Of a stretch of 64,000 nucleotides of DNA, positions 19,706-30,221 are shown piece by piece. A model generated the notes under the pieces. That model did not search any database. It saw only the letters and a list, made by a program, of their open reading frames with translations, and was not told where the DNA came from. The DNA is from Prochlorococcus sp. AG-436-C14. GTDB taxonomy: Bacteria > Cyanobacteriota > Cyanobacteriia > PCC-6307 > Cyanobiaceae. Every line of letters begins with the position of its first letter. Position 1 is the stretch's first letter. The position numbers and the translations under genes are program-made. The stretch covers positions 5,623-69,622 of the forward strand of contig QCPD01000009.1 in the NCBI GenBank assembly GCA_003209755.1, in the 5' to 3' direction.

Positions 19706-22039
19706 TCCTGTCCTTGCGATATCTAAGACATCAACCATTGAACGAATTTGATTGATAGTAATTTCTAATTGATTAACGCTTTCCAGTTCAACTCTGAGGT
19801 CTATGCATGCAGGTTTACCATGAGATGTCTTAACTCTTGCATCGATTACATTAATACCTCTATCAGAAAGTCTCATTAATATGTCTTTAAGTACTCCGAC
19901 TCTATCAATAACTTCAATTCTTAATTGAACAGGAAATTTGTTTTCTTTGATATGTGTATGGCTATTCCATTTGGCTGATAGTCTTCTTTCGTTAGGTACT
20001 GATTGTATATTGACACAATTAGTTCGATGTATCGTGATTCCATGATTACCAAGTGCAACTGTTCCAAGTATTGATTCTCCTGGTAAAGGGCTACAACACC
20101 CACCTAGTCTATAGTCAAGCCCTTCTAAACCAACTATTGGCGAATACTTAGTTTGAGATATTTTTGATTTGTTTGCAGTTAGATTTACTTCTGACCCAAT
20201 TTGGTTAGCCAGCTCGATATCGCTTAATTCAGTCTCAGGTATTTGGTTCTGTATTTTTATCTCTTCTCTAAATCTATTAATTACTTGATGTAGTGTTAAT
20301 GCCCCAAATCCAAGTGCAGCTAATAAATCTTCCGTAGACTTTAGATTACATCTCTCGGCAACTTTTATTATTGCGTCACCTTTCAGTAAATTATCAATTC
20401 CTTTACGACCAAATTCTTGTTCTAGTAGTTCTTTCCCTCTTAATATTGTTTCTTGACGATGACTTTTTTTATACCATTGTCTAATGCGATTTCTAGCTGT
20501 GGGTGTGGCTACATAGTTTAACCAATCTAAGCTTGGATGAGAGCTTTTGTGAGTGAGGATCTCAACGAAATCTCCATTTTCAAGAGGTGTTGATAACACG
20601 CAAAGACGATCATTAATTCTAGCACCATTGCAATGATTTCCGACTTCAGAGTGAATACGATAAGCAAAATCGATTGCTGTTGAACCATTCCTCAATCCCA
20701 AAACATCTCCTTTTGGAGTAAAAACAAATACTTCTTCATCAAATAAATCCTCTTTAATTGATGCAAGGTAGTCATTGTGATCATTAACCCCATCTTCTTG
20801 TTGCCATTCGACTAATTGGCGTAACCAATTAAATTTTTCTGAATCGGGATTTGCAGGAGACCCTCCTTCTTTATACTTCCAGTGAGCTGCAATTCCAAAT
20901 TCTGAAACCCTATGCATTTCTGGAGTCCTGATTTGTACTTCAATAGGTCTGTGCCTGCCAATTACAGCTGTATGTAGCGACTGATAGCCATTTGGTTTAG
21001 GTAGGCCTATATAATCTTTAAACCGACCAGGTATTGGTCTGAATGTATCATGAACAACAGCAAGAGCTCGATAACACGTCTCGACATCTGAGACAAGAAT
21101 CCTTAGAGCAGCAACATCAAAAATTTCATGAAATTCTTTTTGCTGTCTTTGCATTTTACTCCATATTCCATATAAATGCTTTGGCCTTCCACTAACTTCA
21201 CATTGGTGAAGCCCTGCTGAGGTCAAGCGATCTTTTAGTAATTGAACAGTTGTATTTAACCTCTCTTCTCTTTCACTACGTTTACTAGCTATTTGTTGTT
21301 GAATTTCTCGGAAAGGATCTGGCTCTAAAAGTTTAAATGCTAGGTCCTCTAGTTCCCATTTGAAGCGTCCTATGCCTAAACGGTTTGCGAGAGGAGCATA
21401 AATTTCTCTAGTTTCTTTAGCTATTCGTGTTTGCTTGTCTTTGTCTAAGTAACTAATAGTTCTCATATTGTGAAGCCTATCTGCAAGTTTCACAAGCACA
21501 ACTCGAATATCGCTAGCCATAGCTAGAAACATTTTACGTAGGTTTTCGGCTTGAGCTTCTGTCCGATTATTAAAATGGATTCCGCCTAATTTAGTTACAC
21601 CTTCAACTAGATATCTAACCTCACTGCCAAAATACCCCTCCAGTTGTTCTGGAGTTATGTCTGTATCTTCGACCACGTCATGTAAAAAACCTGCTGCAAT
21701 GACACTAGCGCTTGCACCTATCTCTCTTAGTAAGTCAGCTACTGCAACTGGATGGATTATGTAAGGTTCACCGCTTTTTCTGTATTGCCCTTTATGCAAT
21801 TGAAAGGCAAGATCAAATGCGGCAACTAAAAGCGCTTCAGAATCCCTTGGACAGCTTGATCCAATTCCAGGCGGAATATTTTTAATGCAATTTTTTAACC
21901 ACTCTGGCAAAATAATTTCATAATCATCAATATGTTTGATCTGATGAGTTCTAAGTTGAGGCTTGCCATCAAAATATTCATCACAGACGATATGAGTCTG
22001 GTTTGAATTGTATGCAGAGGTGACTTTAGACATCAGCAC
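19697..22039 (-). CDS. spoT: Bifunctional (p)ppGpp synthetase/hydrolase (RelA/SpoT homolog)
   Basis: 780 aa. HD hydrolase domain (HDVVEDT), RelA/SpoT synthetase domain, TGS and C-terminal ACT-like regions. Confidence 0.9.
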   Translation of the reverse strand: MLMSKVTSAYNSNQTHIVCDEYFDGKPQLRTHQIKHIDDYEIILPEWLKNCIKNIPPGIGSSCPRDSEALLVAAFDLAFQLHKGQYRKSGEPYIIHPVAVADLLREIGASASVIAAGFLHDVVEDTDITPEQLEGYFGSEVRYLVEGVTKLGGIHFNNRTEAQAENLRKMFLAMASDIRVVLVKLADRLHNMRTISYLDKDKQTRIAKETREIYAPLANRLGIGRFKWELEDLAFKLLEPDPFREIQQQIASKRSEREERLNTTVQLLKDRLTSAGLHQCEVSGRPKHLYGIWSKMQRQQKEFHEIFDVAALRILVSDVETCYRALAVVHDTFRPIPGRFKDYIGLPKPNGYQSLHTAVIGRHRPIEVQIRTPEMHRVSEFGIAAHWKYKEGGSPANPDSEKFNWLRQLVEWQQEDGVNDHNDYLASIKEDLFDEEVFVFTPKGDVLGLRNGSTAIDFAYRIHSEVGNHCNGARINDRLCVLSTPLENGDFVEILTHKSSHPSLDWLNYVATPTARNRIRQWYKKSHRQETILRGKELLEQEFGRKGIDNLLKGDAIIKVAERCNLKSTEDLLAALGFGALTLHQVINRFREEIKIQNQIPETELSDIELANQIGSEVNLTANKSKISQTKYSPIVGLEGLDYRLGGCCSPLPGESILGTVALGNHGITIHRTNCVNIQSVPNERRLSAKWNSHTHIKENKFPVQLRIEVIDRVGVLKDILMRLSDRGINVIDARVKTSHGKPACIDLRVELESVNQLEITINQIRSMVDVLDIARTGIN

Positions 22040-22088
22040 CGGAGCTTAATTTATTTTATTCAAACTCAACATTTCTTGCTACCTTTTT

Positions 22089-23693
22089 ATGAATAATTCA
22101 TCAAAAGAAGTTTTAAAGATAAATAAACTAAATGCTATTTATCCAAATACTACAGCTTACGTGTTAAGAGGATTAAATTTGAATATGAATCGTGGCGATA
22201 GGCTTGCATTAGTTGGTAGTTCTGGATGTGGTAAAAGTACTGTTGCTAAGGCTGTAATGCAGCTTCTTCCTAATGGATGTGTTTGTGATGGTGAGATTGT
22301 TTTAAATGGAAAAAATGTATTGGATCTAGACAAGTTTTCTTTGCAATCTATTCGAGGGAAAGAGGTTGGATTGATATTTCAGGATCCAATGTCTCGTTTA
22401 AATCCCTTAATGACTGTTGGAGAACATTTGGTTGATACTTTTAAAGCTCATGATGATTCTGAACCAATTTATAACCTAGTAAAAAAAGCTAAAAGCTTAT
22501 TAGAAAAAGTTGGAATAGATCCTTTAAGATTTAATTCTTTTCCACATGAATTTAGTGGAGGAATGCGACAACGTTTAGCAATTGCTTTGGCAATTTGCTT
22601 AAAACCTCCTTTGATAATTGCTGATGAACCTACAACTAGTTTAGATACAATAGTTGCAGATCAGATCATGAGTGAATTGAGTTTACTTTGTAATGAGATT
22701 GGGACTGCTTTACTATTAATTAGTCATGATTTATCAATGGCATATAAATGGTGTAATAAAATTGCAATACTTGATTGTGGGCATATAGTCGAGTCTGGAA
22801 ATATTAAAGAGATAGTTGATAATCCAAAAACTGAGATTGCTCAAAGATTAGTTAACTCGGGTCGAATTTTAGAGGGTTCTGAGAGAGAATTAATGAATAA
22901 AAGTGAAGCATTATTGACTGTAAATAGTTTACGTTGTTGGCATAATTTAGGCTTTTGGCCTTTCAATTCTTTTTGGTTGAAAGCTATAAATGAAGTTACC
23001 TTTTCTCTGTATGAAGGTGAAACTCTTGGTATCGTAGGCCCATCAGGATGTGGGAAGAGTACTCTATGTAGAGCGTTGACTGGTTTATTGCCTATAAGAG
23101 GTGGAAATGTTTTTTTTCTTGGAAAGAATATTTCAACTATCAATAGGAAATCTTTAAAGCAATTACGTAAATATATTCAAATTATTTTTCAAGATCCTTC
23201 TGCATCGTTAAATCCTAAGATGTCAGTAATAGATGCAATTATAGATCCAATTCTTATCCATAAATTGTCAAGTCAATCTAAAGCTAGAGAAAAAGCTCGT
23301 AATCTTTTAGAACTAGTTGGTTTAACGCCCACAGCAATGTATGAACAACGCTTACCTAATCAACTTTCAGGAGGACAACAGCAACGAGTAGTTATTGCAA
23401 GAGCACTCGCACTTAATCCCAAAATACTAATCTGTGATGAAAGTGTAAGTATGTTAGATGGAGAAATTCAAGCAGAAGTTTTGGAGTTACTTCGCTCTTT
23501 GCAAGAAAAATTAAAACTTTCTATGTTGTTCATAACCCATGATCTATCTGTTGCGGCAGGTTTTTGTCACAGAGTATTAGTGTTTGATAAAGGGAAAATT
23601 ATCGAAGAGAATTCTGGAAAAAATTTGTTAAATCATCCTCAGAAACATCTAACAAAAAAGATGGTGAAAGCTTGTCCTAGACTTCCGAAATAA
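22089..23693 (+). CDS. ABC transporter ATP-binding protein with two fused ATPase domains (Dpp/Opp D-F type)
   Basis: 534 aa. Two Walker A motifs (GSSGCGKST, GPSGCGKST), two signatures (FSGGMRQR, LSGGQQQR) and two Walker B motifs. No permease or binding protein adjacent. Confidence 0.85.
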   Translation: MNNSSKEVLKINKLNAIYPNTTAYVLRGLNLNMNRGDRLALVGSSGCGKSTVAKAVMQLLPNGCVCDGEIVLNGKNVLDLDKFSLQSIRGKEVGLIFQDPMSRLNPLMTVGEHLVDTFKAHDDSEPIYNLVKKAKSLLEKVGIDPLRFNSFPHEFSGGMRQRLAIALAICLKPPLIIADEPTTSLDTIVADQIMSELSLLCNEIGTALLLISHDLSMAYKWCNKIAILDCGHIVESGNIKEIVDNPKTEIAQRLVNSGRILEGSERELMNKSEALLTVNSLRCWHNLGFWPFNSFWLKAINEVTFSLYEGETLGIVGPSGCGKSTLCRALTGLLPIRGGNVFFLGKNISTINRKSLKQLRKYIQIIFQDPSASLNPKMSVIDAIIDPILIHKLSSQSKAREKARNLLELVGLTPTAMYEQRLPNQLSGGQQQRVVIARALALNPKILICDESVSMLDGEIQAEVLELLRSLQEKLKLSMLFITHDLSVAAGFCHRVLVFDKGKIIEENSGKNLLNHPQKHLTKKMVKACPRLPK

Positions 23694-24657
23694 TCTTGTT
23701 TTTTGGTTGTAATACTTTTAAAAGTCGTTCAAAATCCTTAGGTAATGGAGCTTTGAATTTCATTTTTTCTAATGTTATTGGGTGTATTAAACCCAATTCA
23801 ACTGCATGTAAAGCTTGGCCACCAAGTTTAATAGGCAATTTTTTACACCTACTGTAAGTTTGGTCTCCAATAATAGGATGACCTATGTGTGCACTATGAA
23901 CACGAATTTGATGTGTTCTACCTGTATCAAGTTTGAATTTAAGAAGAGAAAAATTTCCTAGATTTTCAATTAATTTCCAATGAGTACAAGCATATCTACC
24001 AGATTCCTCATCAACCACAGCATATTTTTTTCTATCTTTTGGATGTCGACCAATACATCCGACAATCATACCTTCATTGTCTTTAATAGCTCCATGGACA
24101 ACAGCAATATAATTCCTTGAGGCTACTCTTTTTTGTATTTGAATTTGTAGTTTAACTAAGGCTTCTTGAGTCTTTGCTACGACAATGCATCCAGTTGTGT
24201 CTTTATCTAAGCGATGAACTATTCCAGGTCTCAATTTGCCTCCAATGCCTGGTAAGTCTGGACAATGATTGATTAATCCATTGACTAATGTTCCTGATTT
24301 ATTCCCTGGTGCAGGATGAACTGCTATCCCTGCTGTTTTATTAATAACTATTAAATGATTATCTTCATATAAAATATCTAAATCAATCTCTTCTGGTTTT
24401 AAGTAAGGAAGAGGCTCAGGTGGTGGAACCCAAAGTTGAATTATGTCACCTGGCCTAACGGGAGTTTTTGCTTTTCCAGTTTTACCGTTCACTCTTGCAA
24501 ACCCCGCTTCAATGAATTTCTGAATATGAGCCCTACTTTGTTCGGGGCGTTGACTTACCAGCCATCTATCAAGCCGCATAGGCAAAGGTTTCTTATATTC
24601 ACCCTCAAATAATTCACCTGGTCCTTCCCCAAATTCATGTTTGATTTCTTTATTCAT
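23677..24657 (-). CDS. rluD: 23S rRNA pseudouridine synthase, RluA/RluD family
   Basis: 326 aa. N-terminal S4-like domain and catalytic HRLDKDTTG motif. The start overlaps the rbgA stop (ATGA-type 4-nt overlap). Confidence 0.85.
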   Translation of the reverse strand: MNKEIKHEFGEGPGELFEGEYKKPLPMRLDRWLVSQRPEQSRAHIQKFIEAGFARVNGKTGKAKTPVRPGDIIQLWVPPPEPLPYLKPEEIDLDILYEDNHLIVINKTAGIAVHPAPGNKSGTLVNGLINHCPDLPGIGGKLRPGIVHRLDKDTTGCIVVAKTQEALVKLQIQIQKRVASRNYIAVVHGAIKDNEGMIVGCIGRHPKDRKKYAVVDEESGRYACTHWKLIENLGNFSLLKFKLDTGRTHQIRVHSAHIGHPIIGDQTYSRCKKLPIKLGGQALHAVELGLIHPITLEKMKFKAPLPKDFERLLKVLQPKNKIISEV

Positions 24658-25520
24658 TTGGGGAGTTCAAGAGAGATATTTCCCAACAAATTTTTGCGAA
24701 AATCATCAAGTAATCTTTGAGACATTCTTCGAGTATCTCCAGAAGTGTGACGTTCTGCTGCTGAAAGTAGCCATAAAGATTTGTCTTTAATATTTTGATT
24801 GACAAATATTCCATATCTATTTTGAAGACACATTGAGTTGATTCCCGCTTCTTGGGTGTTTTCTAATGTCTCAAGAAGTTTCATAAAGTTAATGGCTACT
24901 TGTTCAGTATCGTATGCGGCTTGACCAATATCATCACAAATAGCTAATTTTAACGCTGCATTTTGATCTTCAAATCTAGGCGGCAACACTCCAGGAGCAT
25001 CCAATAGATCCAGATCTTGTCCCAATCTTACCCATCTCAAACTTCTTGTGACTCCAGGTTTTCTTGAGCTGGATACAACCTTTTTTTTGACTAGTCTGTT
25101 AATGAGAGCAGATTTCCCAACATTTGGGAAACCAAGAGTTAGGACTCTAATTGCACGATTTTTCATCCCTCGGTCGAGACGTCTTTGATTTAACTCTTGC
25201 CCAGCACGAATAGCGGCTTGTTTTATTTGGAGAACGCCTGTTCCAGTTTTTGCATCACACCACCATGGAATTTTCCCTTCTGACCTTAATTTTTTATCCC
25301 AAGCTTGATGGGCTTCGATATTGATCATGTCTTTTCTATTAATAACTAATATTTGCTTCTTTCCTTTCAACCATTTTTGAAGATATGGATGAGAAGTGGC
25401 GAGGGGTATACGTGCGTCTCGTACTTCGAAAACTAGATCAACTTTATTCAGATGCTCCTTTAACTGTTTTTCTGCTTTAGCGATATGCCCTGGATACCAT
25501 TGTATAAGCTGCTTGTTCAC
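24654..25520 (-). CDS. rbgA: Ribosome biogenesis GTPase A (YlqF/RbgA, circularly permuted GTPase)
   Basis: 288 aa. The G4 motif (NRKDM) precedes G1 (GFPNVGKSALIN), which is diagnostic of the permuted YlqF family. Confidence 0.85.
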   Translation of the reverse strand: MNKQLIQWYPGHIAKAEKQLKEHLNKVDLVFEVRDARIPLATSHPYLQKWLKGKKQILVINRKDMINIEAHQAWDKKLRSEGKIPWWCDAKTGTGVLQIKQAAIRAGQELNQRRLDRGMKNRAIRVLTLGFPNVGKSALINRLVKKKVVSSSRKPGVTRSLRWVRLGQDLDLLDAPGVLPPRFEDQNAALKLAICDDIGQAAYDTEQVAINFMKLLETLENTQEAGINSMCLQNRYGIFVNQNIKDKSLWLLSAAERHTSGDTRRMSQRLLDDFRKNLLGNISLELPK

Positions 25521-25998
25521 GGAATTTTAAAAGTAAATTGGTTTAAATTGATTAATTTAAAAATTGAAAAAGTTGATTTTTGATTTATTTTGGGAATGTA
25601 GTTTTCAAAATTATAATTTCAACTTATCATCTGAAAAGATTAAATATGTTGATAAAAATAATTGAATTTTTCAGAATATCCTGATGGGAGTTTAATTTTG
25701 TTGATCAATCTAGATTGATAGAATTACAATATTTAATAACTTGTCAGTAAAAAAATATTCATCAATATTGTACGTTCAAAAAAAAAATTGATTTTTAGAC
25801 TCTTATTATAAGTTTTTTTCAGTAATTGCAGGCATTTAAGGGGTAATTAATTCTTTTAACTATAGACTTTTAATATCTAAAAAGCCATTTTGAGTTTCTA
25901 AAAGGTTTAGGTAGATTTTTTCTGTGTCTTAGTAATTACCCAATTGGTGCCTTTTAAGAGCTATGGTCACTCAGTTTCCTTTCTGAATTTTATACATT

Positions 25999-27204
25999 AT
26001 GTCTAAGCGTTCCCTGTCAAGTCTCGGCGCTGAAGACTTATGCGGCAAACGTGTTTTAGTGAGAGTTGATTTTAATGTCCCATTAGGAGATGAGGGCCAA
26101 ATAACTGATGACACAAGAATTCGTGCTGCTTTACCAACTATTAATGACCTCATAGAGAAGAGTGCAAGAGTTATTCTTTCTGCTCATTTTGGCAGGCCAA
26201 AGGGACAGGTTAATGAAACCATGCGTTTGACTGCTGTTGCTCAAAGACTCAGTGAATTACTTGGTAAAACAGTTGTAAAAACTGAAAGTTGTGTAGGAGC
26301 TGAAGCTAAGTCAAAAATAGATGCAATTTCCAATGGCGATGTTGTCCTTTTGGAAAATGTTCGATTTATTGCTGGTGAAGAAAAAAATGATACAGAATTT
26401 GCAAAGGAATTAGCTTCTTTGGCTGAAGTCTATGTTAATGATGCTTTTGGTGCTGCTCACCGAGCTCATGCCTCAACTGAGGGGGTTACAAAGTTTTTAA
26501 GTCCCTGTGTGGCTGGTTATTTAATGGAAAAAGAACTTAAGTACCTTCAAGGAGCTATTGATCAACCTAAAAGACCCTTGGCAGCAATAGTTGGCGGCTC
26601 AAAGGTAAGTAGTAAAATCGGTGTTCTGGAGTCTTTAATTGATAAATGCGACAAGATAATTGTTGGTGGAGGGATGATATTTACTTTTTACAAAGCCAGA
26701 GGATTATCTGTTGGGAATAGTCTTGTCGAAGAAGATAAGCTCGAATTAGCAAGTGCTTTGGAGAAGAAAGCGAAAGATAAAGGAGTTGAGTTTCTTTTGC
26801 CAAGTGATGTTGTTTTGGCTGATAATTTTTCTCCTAATGCAAATAGTAAATCTTCAAAAGTAGATGCTATTAGCGAAGGTTGGATGGGATTGGATATTGG
26901 TTCAGAATCAGTAGAACTTTTTCAGGATGCTTTGAAAGATTGCAAAACTGTTATTTGGAATGGACCGATGGGTGTCTTTGAATTTGAGAAATTTGCAAAT
27001 GGAACAAATGCCATAGCAAATACTTTGGCTGAATTAAGTGCTCAAGGATGCTGCACAATTATTGGAGGTGGAGATTCAGTGGCAGCAGTTGAGAAAGCAG
27101 GTTTAGCGGAAAATATGTCTCATATTTCGACTGGAGGTGGTGCTAGCCTTGAACTTTTGGAAGGTAAAGTTCTTCCTGGAGTTTCTGCTCTAGATGATGC
27201 TTAA
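25999..27204 (+). CDS. pgk: Phosphoglycerate kinase
   Basis: 401 aa with full-length PGK similarity ([25 protein letters not shown]). Confidence 0.97.
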   Translation: MSKRSLSSLGAEDLCGKRVLVRVDFNVPLGDEGQITDDTRIRAALPTINDLIEKSARVILSAHFGRPKGQVNETMRLTAVAQRLSELLGKTVVKTESCVGAEAKSKIDAISNGDVVLLENVRFIAGEEKNDTEFAKELASLAEVYVNDAFGAAHRAHASTEGVTKFLSPCVAGYLMEKELKYLQGAIDQPKRPLAAIVGGSKVSSKIGVLESLIDKCDKIIVGGGMIFTFYKARGLSVGNSLVEEDKLELASALEKKAKDKGVEFLLPSDVVLADNFSPNANSKSSKVDAISEGWMGLDIGSESVELFQDALKDCKTVIWNGPMGVFEFEKFANGTNAIANTLAELSAQGCCTIIGGGDSVAAVEKAGLAENMSHISTGGGASLELLEGKVLPGVSALDDA

Positions 27205-27232
27205 TAATTTCAATCTAAATTTTATGATTACT

Positions 27233-27269
27233 AAAAGTAGGTTTTTATAAACCTACTTTTATTTTTTTT
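27233..27269 (+). terminator. Rho-independent terminator after pgk
   Basis: 12-bp perfect stem AAAAGTAGGTTT / AAACCTACTTTT with loop TTAT, followed by A plus T8. The stem overlaps the stop codon of the convergent ORF 27245..27964. Confidence 0.85.
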
Positions 27270-27964
27270 GTAAATAAATAAGTTCCTTCAGGATGAGTAA
27301 TTATTGCTGAAATAGTTTGAGAACCAGGATTTAAGGGTGCTTGAATATATTTAAATAAACCGCCTGATTGATTCGGCTTAATTCCAAAGATATCATTTGA
27401 TATATTCTTATTATCTTTGTTTTTAACTACGATCATTCCACTAGCAGTTAAAGAATTGTCTAATGGTTTTTCAATAATTAAATTCATTTCATATTTTTCA
27501 CCACTAAGGACTTCATCTGGAGATACAATTTTTATAATAAGAGGTGAATTTTGGCTATTTAGAATCGATTCTTCCTCTATTATTTCATATCCTTTTATTT
27601 TATTTTTGTAAGTCTCTATCTTAACAGTCTGTTTGGTATTTAGATTATAAACTTGATCATTAATTTTTGTTTTAGATATGATTTTTATATCTAGCAATGA
27701 TTTATTTTGATCATTTCTCACTGGTTGAATTGACCATTTTGCATCTTTATATTTTTTCCGAAAGTCTAAATACTGTTTATTAAACTGATTGAATGATTTT
27801 TGTAGAAATAGATCTTTTAGCAAATTATCCTTCCTATTGTTAAGGTGTTCCTCCAATTGATTGATTAATAAATGATTATCTATATTTTTACTTAACGCAG
27901 AATTGATCGTTAGGGGATAGAGCAATAAAAAAATGATTGATTTCGCTATCAGTGAATGTCTCAC
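27245..27964 (-). CDS. Hypothetical secreted/periplasmic protein with N-terminal signal peptide
   Basis: 239 aa, GTG start, hydrophobic leader IIFLLLYPLTINSALS. K/N-rich mature part with no motif I recognise. Confidence 0.6.
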   Translation of the reverse strand: MRHSLIAKSIIFLLLYPLTINSALSKNIDNHLLINQLEEHLNNRKDNLLKDLFLQKSFNQFNKQYLDFRKKYKDAKWSIQPVRNDQNKSLLDIKIISKTKINDQVYNLNTKQTVKIETYKNKIKGYEIIEEESILNSQNSPLIIKIVSPDEVLSGEKYEMNLIIEKPLDNSLTASGMIVVKNKDNKNISNDIFGIKPNQSGGLFKYIQAPLNPGSQTISAIITHPEGTYLFTKKIKVGL

Positions 27965-28019
27965 GCCTACCTTTTTTACTAAATATAACTTAGTCTCGAG
28001 GTAAAAGGTTATTTGATTT

Positions 28020-29078
28020 ATGCCTCGCCTTTTAATTGCTGCAAGCGGAACGGGTGGGCATATTTATCCTGCATTGTCTTTCGCTGATTCACTTCCAAAT
28101 TCTTGGGAAATTGAGTGGTTAGGCGTGCCAAATAGGCTAGAGATTGAACTGGTTCCCAAAAAATACAATTTAATAAAGCTAAAAGTTGGAGGATTACAAG
28201 GAAATATTTTTAGAAAAATGTTTGATTTATGTAAATTACTCTTTGCTTCTATTCGGGTCTCTGTTCTATTACGTCAAAAAAAAATCAACGTTGTTTTTAC
28301 TACAGGTGGGTACATATCTGCTCCTAGTATTCTTGGGGCAAAACTCAGTGGCATCCCTATTCTGTTGCATGAATCTAATGCTATACCTGGAAAAGTAACT
28401 AGGTTATTAGGTAGATTCTGTGACCATGTTGCCTTGGGAATTCCATCGGCATCTGAGCATTTGCAAGGGTGCAGAACAAGTTTTACTGGAACACCTGTAA
28501 GATCAGAATTTTTTCTAGATCAGTCTCTACCCGCTTGGGTGCCCATTGGAGAGGGGGTATTGATTGTAGTGATGGGAGGTAGTCAAGGAGCAATAAAAAT
28601 GAATGAGATGGTAAGGAATATCTTGCCCTGGTTGCTTGATAAGGGTTGTAGAGTTATTCATTTGACAGGTAAAAACGATTTTTTCTATAAAAAATTAGAT
28701 AAAATTGATACTCACGCTAATTTGGTTATAAGACAATTCAGTAATGAAATATCGGCCTTGCTACGAAATGCTGATCTTGCAATAAGTAGAGCAGGATCTG
28801 GTGCAATTTGTGAATTAATGGTAACTAAGACTCCTTCAATTTTAATACCTTTTCCAGATTCTGCTGATCAGCATCAGGAACTAAATGCTGCTTATATGGC
28901 TAGATATGGAGGTGCTGTAATAGTTAATCAACATGATCCAGAAAAAGATATTTTGAAAAACGCTATATCTAAGTTGATCAATTCTAATTCTCTAAGTGAA
29001 ATGACATCAAATATGAATAATTATGATCACCTCAATGCTGAAAATAAGATATTTGAGATTATAAACTCTATTAGTTAA
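28020..29078 (+). CDS. murG: UDP-N-acetylglucosamine--N-acetylmuramyl-(pentapeptide) pyrophosphoryl-undecaprenol GlcNAc transferase
   Basis: 352 aa. ASGTGGHIYPAL N-terminus, GGSQGA, and RAGSGAICEL motifs. Confidence 0.92.
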   Translation: MPRLLIAASGTGGHIYPALSFADSLPNSWEIEWLGVPNRLEIELVPKKYNLIKLKVGGLQGNIFRKMFDLCKLLFASIRVSVLLRQKKINVVFTTGGYISAPSILGAKLSGIPILLHESNAIPGKVTRLLGRFCDHVALGIPSASEHLQGCRTSFTGTPVRSEFFLDQSLPAWVPIGEGVLIVVMGGSQGAIKMNEMVRNILPWLLDKGCRVIHLTGKNDFFYKKLDKIDTHANLVIRQFSNEISALLRNADLAISRAGSGAICELMVTKTPSILIPFPDSADQHQELNAAYMARYGGAVIVNQHDPEKDILKNAISKLINSNSLSEMTSNMNNYDHLNAENKIFEIINSIS

Positions 29079-30153
29079 TGTAATCTTTTAAAGTATTAAT
29101 AATTTGAATATTTTTCTTTCTTTTTTGAAGACTTATTCTTATCCAATTTTCATCTAGAGTTGTAAATGACCTACAGTCTCTTAATAGAATTCCTCTTTTT
29201 TTTAAATTCTTGATTAGACTTAATATAGAACTATCACTTTTAATTAATTGAAAATTTGTAGTTGTTGGAAGAGGTTTAAAAGTAGAAAAACCTGATAAAC
29301 TTTTATGTAACCAGCTCCCTTCATCTTCTACCCATTTATGGATTTTATTTAATCTTTTTTTATGCATTTTAGAATTGTTCATTATCATATTAGTTGCATT
29401 TATTGCTAGGGTATTTACTGGCCATGGATCTCTTATCTCTTTCCATTTTAATAATCTATCTGAGTTTGTTATGGCGTATCCAATTCTTAATCCAGCAATA
29501 CCTAGAAACTTAGTTAAACTTCTTATCACTATAAGGTTTTTATGGCTTTTAGTTAAATCAATGATTGATTGACTTTCTCCACCGGGTGTAAGAGAAATAA
29601 ATGCTTCATCGCAAATTATGAGTTTATAATTAGTTAATAATTTTTCTATTGATGAACGACTCCATAGTTGCCCAGTTGGATTGTGTGGGTTTGTAATCCA
29701 TAAGACTTGGGTTTTTGGTTTAATTGGAAATGACTGGGGATTGCTATTAGTCCAAGATAATGGAATAGGATTATGAACATAAGAAGCATTCCAACATTTT
29801 AAAGCTCTTTCGTAGTCTCCAAAACCAGGAGAGGGCAAAGAACTTATGCCATTTAAACTTGCATCTCTTGCTGCCCAAGTAAATAATTCTGAAGCTCCAT
29901 TACCAGGTAAAATCATTGAAGGGTCAATATTATGCCATTTCGCAATAGAATTTTTTACTTCAAAATAACTTCTATCAGGATAAGATTTTATAGATCCACT
30001 GTTTATACTTTTAATCAGATAATTACTTAACTTTTTAGGTAGTTTAAAAGGAACTATTGATGCACTTGCATCAATTATTTTATCTGTAGATAGTCCTAAC
30101 TTTCTTGCTTCTTTTTCAATATTACCTCCATGAATATCAAAGTCTAATTTCAT
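29071..30153 (-). CDS. cobD: Class I/II aminotransferase-fold enzyme, probable L-threonine-O-3-phosphate decarboxylase (cobalamin pathway)
   Basis: 360 aa. N-terminal HGGN motif, NPHNPTG, and PLP-lysine context RSLTKFLGIAGLRIGY. Confidence 0.65.
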   Translation of the reverse strand: MKLDFDIHGGNIEKEARKLGLSTDKIIDASASIVPFKLPKKLSNYLIKSINSGSIKSYPDRSYFEVKNSIAKWHNIDPSMILPGNGASELFTWAARDASLNGISSLPSPGFGDYERALKCWNASYVHNPIPLSWTNSNPQSFPIKPKTQVLWITNPHNPTGQLWSRSSIEKLLTNYKLIICDEAFISLTPGGESQSIIDLTKSHKNLIVIRSLTKFLGIAGLRIGYAITNSDRLLKWKEIRDPWPVNTLAINATNMIMNNSKMHKKRLNKIHKWVEDEGSWLHKSLSGFSTFKPLPTTTNFQLIKSDSSILSLIKNLKKRGILLRDCRSFTTLDENWIRISLQKRKKNIQIINTLKDYIN

Positions 30154-30221
30154 TATATATGAGATAATATTGTGGTCAGTTTAAATATAATCATAAACAT
30201 TTATTGAAATCATTTGTGTTT

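Noticed and set aside
25704-25719. 16-bp perfect palindrome ATCAATCTAGATTGAT as a stand-alone operator call
   Set aside because: At this base composition, a rough estimate gives a few 8+8 palindromes by chance in 64 kb. It is kept only as a detail of the long pgk upstream gap, not as a supported regulatory site.
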